Shown here in pieces: positions 57,703 to 64,000 of a stretch of DNA of 64,000 nt. Both the position numbers and the translations under genes were made by a program. Location: the IMG/VR virus record IMGVR_UViG_3300032046_000015, positions 19,017 to 83,016 of that record. One strand, written 5' to 3'. The notes below the pieces were generated by a model. That model worked only from the letters and a program-made list of their open reading frames with translations, was not told where the DNA came from and did not search any database. The DNA comes from a virus. How positions within the stretch are numbered: the first letter of the stretch is position 1; each line of letters starts with the position of its first letter.

Positions 57703-58731
57703 TTAAATGGTCTCCACATCTTGTCTGGCAGATGCTACAGTTTCACTGTCCAATGTAATTATTGTGACGCCAACTGATGTTCCTGAATAGATGTAACCTT
57801 GTGCCTCACCATCCTCAAGATTGCCTTGAGCAGTCTGACCTTGAACATCTATTGTGTACAATATTGACATTGAGCTATCCATGTCAGGTAATGTGTAAAC
57901 TCTGACTTTTTTAGATTCTATAACATCATACTCAGCGACATCCAACACAGTGCCATCTATTATCACAGCCATTTGCGATGTGTTGATTGCTTTGGTTGTT
58001 TCATAGATGTCGTTGATCCACACAGCCAAAACGTCTGTTCTGTTCACACCAGGCAATGAAGCTGGTGTAACTGTAACATCGATTGTGCTGCCTCCATTAG
58101 CAGTCAAAGTAAATGCTCCACCAGCCCCTACATTAACTGCCACACCAGGAACAACCTCTGTAGGTGGTTGCCAAGCCAACGTTGTTCCAGCTACAGTGAA
58201 AATCAATTGACCACCTGCTCCAGTTGGAGTGTTGCTTGATATGGCATCTATCACAACGCCTGTGACTAATGTAGGTGGATCAGACAGTTTGACTATCTGA
58301 GATTTTACATCATCACTTTTGAATCCTCTTTCCACTCCATCCACTCCGCCAGCAACCGCATCTCCACCAGCATATCCTACATAGAATAAGTCATCATCAC
58401 TTGGATCAGTGTGATAATTGCCTTGGATGTCTTTTTTCTTCAATGTGAGTAAGAACCTGTCGCTGCCACCCTTATTGAGTCTTGGGATGCCTGTAGCTGG
58501 ATTGTGTTGAACGGCATCCTCTGTTATCTCCAAGAAATAATATTGCTTGGCATTGATAATAAGAGCACCCAAAAGAGTGAATTTGTATTTGCTACTGAAG
58601 ATGGTAACATCCTCTTCAGGTATGCTCACCGACACAACTTCCTGGTTGGCTCCTGGATCATACACGCCACCCCAAGATAATATGGCCTTGGTAGTGGCAT
58701 CTCTCAAAACGCTCAAATCAACATTAGCCAT
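57703..58731 (-). CDS. Putative tail/virion structural protein
   Basis: Gly/Val/Thr-rich beta protein after tail fibre; GAGGAG RBS. Confidence 0.6.
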   Translation of the reverse strand: MANVDLSVLRDATTKAILSWGGVYDPGANQEVVSVSIPEEDVTIFSSKYKFTLLGALIINAKQYYFLEITEDAVQHNPATGIPRLNKGGSDRFLLTLKKKDIQGNYHTDPSDDDLFYVGYAGGDAVAGGVDGVERGFKSDDVKSQIVKLSDPPTLVTGVVIDAISSNTPTGAGGQLIFTVAGTTLAWQPPTEVVPGVAVNVGAGGAFTLTANGGSTIDVTVTPASLPGVNRTDVLAVWINDIYETTKAINTSQMAVIIDGTVLDVAEYDVIESKKVRVYTLPDMDSSMSILYTIDVQGQTAQGNLEDGEAQGYIYSGTSVGVTIITLDSETVASARQDVETI

Positions 58732-58747
58732 CGTTGTCTCCTCTGTG

Positions 58748-61471
58748 TTACGTTAACATGCCGTTCATTAAGTCTTCAACCCAACCAACACGCCATGTGT
58801 AAGATATAACAGATGCACCACCAGTGTATGTGTTGGTGACATAATAATCCCTGTCTGATCCTAATTCCAATGTAAACATACAAGCATGGTGATTGGCATG
58901 TACTTCACCTGAACCTGCATTGCCTGCCCATACATCTGTAAATCCCCAATTAGTTGTTGCTGGTGCGACTGGTGCCCACCAAATGCTGGCGCTGCCAGCA
59001 GAAGCATAAACTTGTCCGGTCATTTCTTCAGATAGTATGATCATCTTGGCTGTTTTAGGGACAACATATTCAGCCCCTTCAACGCAAGTCATGTGAACGT
59101 CTGTGGCAGCGCCACCATGAGCAACTGGATTAGGATGGCGTGGCACTTTGACAATATTCTCCACTCTATAGAATTTGACCACGTTTTGCGAACCATCTGT
59201 TACAAATGCTCCCATGTACATCCATCTCTCTTTACCAGATGCTGTGTGAAATCCACGCACAGGTGCAACATTGCTTATCTTGCCTGAAAATGTTTTCAAC
59301 GGTGATGTGGCAGGTACAGCATAAACATAGTATGCTCTGTATGCCAACCTATCCACACCTGAATCCAAATCGCTCCAAGACAAGGATAAGTCACTTGTAT
59401 TCTGTCTGATAAATCCTTTACAGTTGATGGCTTGCGCTGGAATGGATGCGTGCGTTCCATTGAAATATATGGGCAATGGTGGCTTCCAATTAGAGTTCAA
59501 TAAAATACACAAATCATCAATCACACCTTTTGCTCTGATGTTTTCCCAAGCACCGTTGTTTAGATTGGCATGACCTATCAGATATGTTCCCAATGCTGCA
59601 TCGCCTTGATTGCCCAATTGTGGCTTGGTGAAATACCTTCCATCGTGATCTGAATTGGTTCCTGATATGTCTGGCATATCACCCAACTCTATATGGTTGA
59701 TAGGAGATGTTGCCACTTCATTTATGGCACCTATAATGTTTTGTTTGGTAGTGACAAGTGCTGTGTCCGTTGGTGAAGAGAATGGTATGGCAGCTGGTGT
59801 ATCCACATCCTTGAATTGAAGAATGTTCGTTGCTGATAGAATGCCAGGTGTTCCTGAAATGATTAACTCCCAAGCCTTCATGGCAGCAGTGCCTGTGCCA
59901 TCATTCAATATCTCCAATATGAGCTTGTTTGGAGTGTTGACTGTGCCACGCACCTCCAACACATTCCCAACGCCACGTGCTGTGATTGGAGAATATCCTG
60001 TTTGTAAAAATTTCAGATATGGACTGGGTGAAACAGAAGCATCACCAATTAACACATCCCCTGTCCTATTGATCTGACTCACTCCATTGGCACCCTTCAA
60101 ATCACCTTGTACTAACACATTGAGAACACCACCAGCAACATTGCTGTTAAGTATCCTTAGAATGCTTTCAGCAGCGTTGGCATCGTTGCGTGCTATGTAC
60201 AGATCATTCCCATTCCTGTAATTCTTTATGGATGCGAATGGAGCACCAGCAGAGTGCCAATCTATGGCTGGACTGATGGCAAATCCGTTATCCATTACCA
60301 AGTCTGAAATGATGTAGGCCAGCACAGATAAGGTATCAGATGAATCATTCCCCAATATTGTGTTGCCTAACACATCTAAAATGTTATTGACAGTTATGTT
60401 GTGAGCCGTAACATCACCTGCTGGCGTGATCCACGCTGTGTCGGCACCTGTATGATCCTTCATTAAGAATTTTTTGATTGCGTCATCGGCCAGATCAAAA
60501 CCTTGCATGGTTGATTGTGTGCCTGCCAATATCTTAGCAATCAGAGTATCATATGTCACATCGGCATGTGTATAATCTGTTTCATTGTGCTCTTGTTTCC
60601 ACCAGTATTCTATGGGGTTGCTGAACTTGGGATTGCCATCATTTGGAAATGTTGGATCAATGTACACATCCTTGAAGATGGTTCCAAGATTAAGCGCAAC
60701 ATTTGGATCACTGGCCAGAAGGTTTTGATTTGTGTAGTTAAACACAGCAGGAATGTTACCTGGCCCTGCGCCTGTTACTCTGCCAATGTAAGCATAATCG
60801 CTATCGCTGTGCAGATCAGATATATGGATGGTTGGCCCTTGCTCCCAAAGCATGTAATCATAGTGCCAAGTGGAAATGATTGTTTGTCCTAATGGCCCAG
60901 TTGTAGTTATCTTGTTGTTGACTCCATCCCAAACAACTACACAATCCTCATACCAATCCACAACGTTTATCGGATTGACAATCCAAACACGAACAGTTCT
61001 ACCAGCATGTGATACACCTGCTTCACACACATTATCCACTATAAATGTGATGGTATTATCGCCATTATCCGTCAGAGAATCTGGTGGCATGGTTCGGCCA
61101 ACACTTTCTTGGATGTTGCGATACTCCACAATTCCTGTTCTGGGATTGATTTCAGCTTGATAAGGAATTTCAGCAAGCTTCAATCCAACATAATAGAACA
61201 CACCAAGAGCATTAGCAAATGGAACGTTGGAATATGCCACAGGGCCAATGATGTTACTCACACCATCCTGACCATGACTACCTGAAACACTCACAGCATC
61301 AGCCAAAATACTTGACAAGATTACAGGGCTGAAAAAACCATCACTGGCATAGATGGTCTGTTGGCTGCCCCTTATTAGTTTGTGTAGATACTTCAAGAAG
61401 TGGTCAGACAATGATTCCTGATCCATGATCTTCTTGTTGTATATGTTAGTGTAAATATCTCCAGTTGCCAT
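58748..61471 (-). CDS. Putative tail fibre protein
   Basis: 907 aa; LVTTKQNIIGAINEV, HDGRYFTK fibre motifs; follows baseplate genes. Confidence 0.7.
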   Translation of the reverse strand: MATGDIYTNIYNKKIMDQESLSDHFLKYLHKLIRGSQQTIYASDGFFSPVILSSILADAVSVSGSHGQDGVSNIIGPVAYSNVPFANALGVFYYVGLKLAEIPYQAEINPRTGIVEYRNIQESVGRTMPPDSLTDNGDNTITFIVDNVCEAGVSHAGRTVRVWIVNPINVVDWYEDCVVVWDGVNNKITTTGPLGQTIISTWHYDYMLWEQGPTIHISDLHSDSDYAYIGRVTGAGPGNIPAVFNYTNQNLLASDPNVALNLGTIFKDVYIDPTFPNDGNPKFSNPIEYWWKQEHNETDYTHADVTYDTLIAKILAGTQSTMQGFDLADDAIKKFLMKDHTGADTAWITPAGDVTAHNITVNNILDVLGNTILGNDSSDTLSVLAYIISDLVMDNGFAISPAIDWHSAGAPFASIKNYRNGNDLYIARNDANAAESILRILNSNVAGGVLNVLVQGDLKGANGVSQINRTGDVLIGDASVSPSPYLKFLQTGYSPITARGVGNVLEVRGTVNTPNKLILEILNDGTGTAAMKAWELIISGTPGILSATNILQFKDVDTPAAIPFSSPTDTALVTTKQNIIGAINEVATSPINHIELGDMPDISGTNSDHDGRYFTKPQLGNQGDAALGTYLIGHANLNNGAWENIRAKGVIDDLCILLNSNWKPPLPIYFNGTHASIPAQAINCKGFIRQNTSDLSLSWSDLDSGVDRLAYRAYYVYAVPATSPLKTFSGKISNVAPVRGFHTASGKERWMYMGAFVTDGSQNVVKFYRVENIVKVPRHPNPVAHGGAATDVHMTCVEGAEYVVPKTAKMIILSEEMTGQVYASAGSASIWWAPVAPATTNWGFTDVWAGNAGSGEVHANHHACMFTLELGSDRDYYVTNTYTGGASVISYTWRVGWVEDLMNGMLT

Positions 61472-61472
61472 A

Positions 61473-62636
61473 TTACTCTCCTTCAGGTTGTACAGTCAAT
61501 CCTCTGGGTTGGATAGGATAAACTCTCAAAAAATCACACCACAATTCAGCACTAAAAAGATTTTGGAAATGAATAGTGCCACTATTCCATGGTATAATTG
61601 TGTCCACTTCGTTGTCTTGTATTCTTTTACCATCCGCATACAAGATGAAGTGCTTGCTTTCATCTGGCATACCACTGTGTTTAGTCTGTACGATAATGGT
61701 GAAAGTGTACCACACATCTAAGTCTATGTATTCATAACTGGGTGCTAATATCATGGGATACCATACACCAGCAATCACTTTATAAAATATCTGTAAATCT
61801 CTGTGTAACCATAACACATAACCGTTTTGTTCCACAGCATCCATATTAAAATACACAAGAGCACCACGTGATGATCCTGTATGGAATTTGATCTTGAATT
61901 TTATAACCTTATCAAAATCAGACATAGGTGGCACATCTAATTTCCAACGTGAATTACCTGATGTGAATTTCATATATCCATCTTCCACCTTGGCTGTCCC
62001 GATGCCACTTATCTTTGTCCAACGGAACATGTCATCAAAATTCTCCAATATATCCAAAAGTAATATATCAAACCTTTCAGAAATTGGTCTGCCCAAATTG
62101 GCCAGATTCCTCAACACAGTCTGATTGATATTGTGCTCTGTGTCTTCTATCAACATCAAGCTGCGGTATTCATCATAATAAGGATCACGTGGATCCAATA
62201 CCCAAGAGTCCAAACCATCCCATAATTCAGACAGTGAACTCTCATTCACGATCCATCTGAAAAAAAAGTAATCATAAAAATCCACATATTTCTTGGCAAG
62301 AGTGAACCTGATCAAATCAACCACAGCTGCTTGTGTCCCCTTCTGTTTCCAAAAGGCCATCATCACCGATGCCAAACGTCTCATGTCATTATATGATAGG
62401 CCAGCAACCAGATAGTCATATTCACTTGTCAAGCCAACGTGCCATAACAAATACCTTATTGCCTTGTCTGGTGTCCTCTCCCAATCAGATATTTCAGGAA
62501 TGCTCTTGATTTTATCGTATGTGGTATTCCAAGTCAATTGCATTCCATGCATAAATCTCTGTAACAACAGACCTGGTTGATCTGCTGTCCTGATTGGTTC
62601 TATTATGAATTTGTAAATATCGTATGGCGCACTCAT
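61473..62636 (-). CDS. Baseplate wedge/tail protein (P2 gpI-like) with lectin-like C-terminus
   Basis: DWERTPDKAIRYLLWHVG..WKQKGT pattern. Confidence 0.7.
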   Translation of the reverse strand: MSAPYDIYKFIIEPIRTADQPGLLLQRFMHGMQLTWNTTYDKIKSIPEISDWERTPDKAIRYLLWHVGLTSEYDYLVAGLSYNDMRRLASVMMAFWKQKGTQAAVVDLIRFTLAKKYVDFYDYFFFRWIVNESSLSELWDGLDSWVLDPRDPYYDEYRSLMLIEDTEHNINQTVLRNLANLGRPISERFDILLLDILENFDDMFRWTKISGIGTAKVEDGYMKFTSGNSRWKLDVPPMSDFDKVIKFKIKFHTGSSRGALVYFNMDAVEQNGYVLWLHRDLQIFYKVIAGVWYPMILAPSYEYIDLDVWYTFTIIVQTKHSGMPDESKHFILYADGKRIQDNEVDTIIPWNSGTIHFQNLFSAELWCDFLRVYPIQPRGLTVQPEGE

Positions 62637-62637
62637 G

Positions 62638-63999
62638 TTATGGCTCCACTGTTATGACGATTGATCCTGCCATGGGTAATTCTTTGGGCAGGAGTGTTAT
62701 GTCAGTTGATGGTGTAGTTATTACCACTTTGCGCACTCCAGCTACAGTGAATATTTCTGATATCAAACGTGAGCGTGGCACTTCATCACCAAAATCCCAT
62801 TCATAGCGCAAACCATCCGATGTTTTAGCTTCTGGATGTAGCAGTGCTGTTATGGCATTGACAATTTCATCTAGTGTTCCGCCATACACAGTAGCCACAA
62901 TGTCTATGGTCTTGGGTGAATAGTCCATAGCGAACACACGATGATTGAGTACAAGCACTCCATCAATTCCTGCTGTGGCGTTGCCATTGAAATAATTCTC
63001 CAACTCCTCTTTTACAGCCAATGGCAGTATGGATCCACCTGTTCCTACCAACACAGCGCCAACAGTCTTGACTCCAAATGCTTCTTCAATAGTGAGTGCT
63101 CTGCTGATAGGTTTGGATCCACCAGAAGTGATAAAGCCAACAGCCAAAGCCTCAACATCGGCTGGGCCAACAGCACGTCCCAGTGTGGACACAGTTGCTG
63201 GGCCTTCTACTTTTACCAATTCCAAATCCTCTGGAGTGTCACCACGCCTTGCTGTCCAACCATAAGCTGCTTTTGGGTTGGTGATACGATTGATGAATGC
63301 TACCCCAGAACCATTGACAACTATTGTGCCAGCGCCAACATTTCCATCTTGGCTGGCTCCAACACGATAATCTGCTGTTACATTATCCGCACCAGCTGGT
63401 GGTATGCGACCATTGATGCCGTTGCCAAACTTTACAACGCCATATCCATCATCATCCGATTCAAATGTGTAGTGTTTGTCTGATACCCCAGAGTTCAAGA
63501 ATGTTTGGACTTCTGTCCACTCCTCATCATCAACATATATTGTTTGACTACCTTGGATGAGATCATTTTGTAGTGTCTTAAATGTTTGATTTGCCAGGCC
63601 AGTTGAACTGCCCATCACTTCTTCAAGCACGCTGCTACCTTGATCTGCCTCCACTATGACATATTGCTTGCCCTCAGATATACCAACAAGATCAATGGAT
63701 GGAGACACAGGAGTTGTTGTATTTACAATGCGATACCTGATCCAATAAGCATTGTGTCCGTTAACAACAGACTTGTTCCAACTCTTTAAGAGTGTTACAG
63801 GCAAATCATAATCTACATTGCCTGAGGATTGTAAGTTGGTGGTACCATCAATGCTTGTGTCTAAATCAGCCAATGGATGCCATAGCACTCCCACTGTGTA
63901 ATCGCTTGTGGTTAATGATGGAGTTGTTTGCCCCAACAGGGATGTTGTGATATAATTGGTTCCATCCCATTCACTGAGAACATCCTCATATGCGCCAGT
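62638..63999 (-). CDS. Baseplate J-like protein (5' end outside window)
   Basis: GSSTGLANQTF, VKFGNGINGRIPP, YRVG..GNV, RAV..DVE, FGDEV..VAGV; frame open to window edge. Confidence 0.85.
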   Translation of the reverse strand, partial: TGAYEDVLSEWDGTNYITTSLLGQTTPSLTTSDYTVGVLWHPLADLDTSIDGTTNLQSSGNVDYDLPVTLLKSWNKSVVNGHNAYWIRYRIVNTTTPVSPSIDLVGISEGKQYVIVEADQGSSVLEEVMGSSTGLANQTFKTLQNDLIQGSQTIYVDDEEWTEVQTFLNSGVSDKHYTFESDDDGYGVVKFGNGINGRIPPAGADNVTADYRVGASQDGNVGAGTIVVNGSGVAFINRITNPKAAYGWTARRGDTPEDLELVKVEGPATVSTLGRAVGPADVEALAVGFITSGGSKPISRALTIEEAFGVKTVGAVLVGTGGSILPLAVKEELENYFNGNATAGIDGVLVLNHRVFAMDYSPKTIDIVATVYGGTLDEIVNAITALLHPEAKTSDGLRYEWDFGDEVPRSRLISEIFTVAGVRKVVITTPSTDITLLPKELPMAGSIVITVEP

Positions 64000-64000
64000 T

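Noticed and set aside
57-63483. Numerous plus-strand ORFs in the six-frame track
   Set aside because: Antisense shadows of well-supported minus-strand genes with no recognisable motifs
1-64000. Alternative genetic code or prophage/host boundary
   Set aside because: Standard code gives dense full-length genes; no integrase, att site or host-like segment seen

Overview
The window is a 64-kb segment of a lytic-type tailed phage genome. It is probably a myovirus (baseplate J-like gene) with a PBSX/XkdF-XkdG-like head module. Essentially all credible genes are on the minus strand. In transcription order (right to left) they are: baseplate/tail fibre; membrane/lysis genes; SF2 helicase, DnaC-like loader, DnaB and primase; an AT-rich gap; an accessory region (MoxR AAA+/VWA pair, small ORFs, methyltransferase); a sigma-like factor; a nucleotide-modification-like cluster; DnaE, HU, SSB, RecA, SbcCD, resolvase, 5'-3' exonuclease and UDG; endolysin, auxiliary genes and tRNA-Pro; a repeat-rich region; terminases, portal, MuF, a protease-fused enzyme polyprotein, scaffold and the start of the major capsid gene. 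The standout feature is an array of six type II hammerhead ribozymes in the intergenic gaps between 43.05 and 49.66 kb. They show covarying stems and a loop-I pseudoknot, and would cut the accessory transcript into gene-sized units. Other highlights: a methyltransferase-nucleotidyltransferase-DNA ligase-phosphoesterase-prohead protease fusion with a split protease, a divergent ThyX/aminotransferase/flavoenzyme cluster, a frameshifted pyrE and a degenerate MazG. All calls are by-eye motif recognition; no database searches were run.
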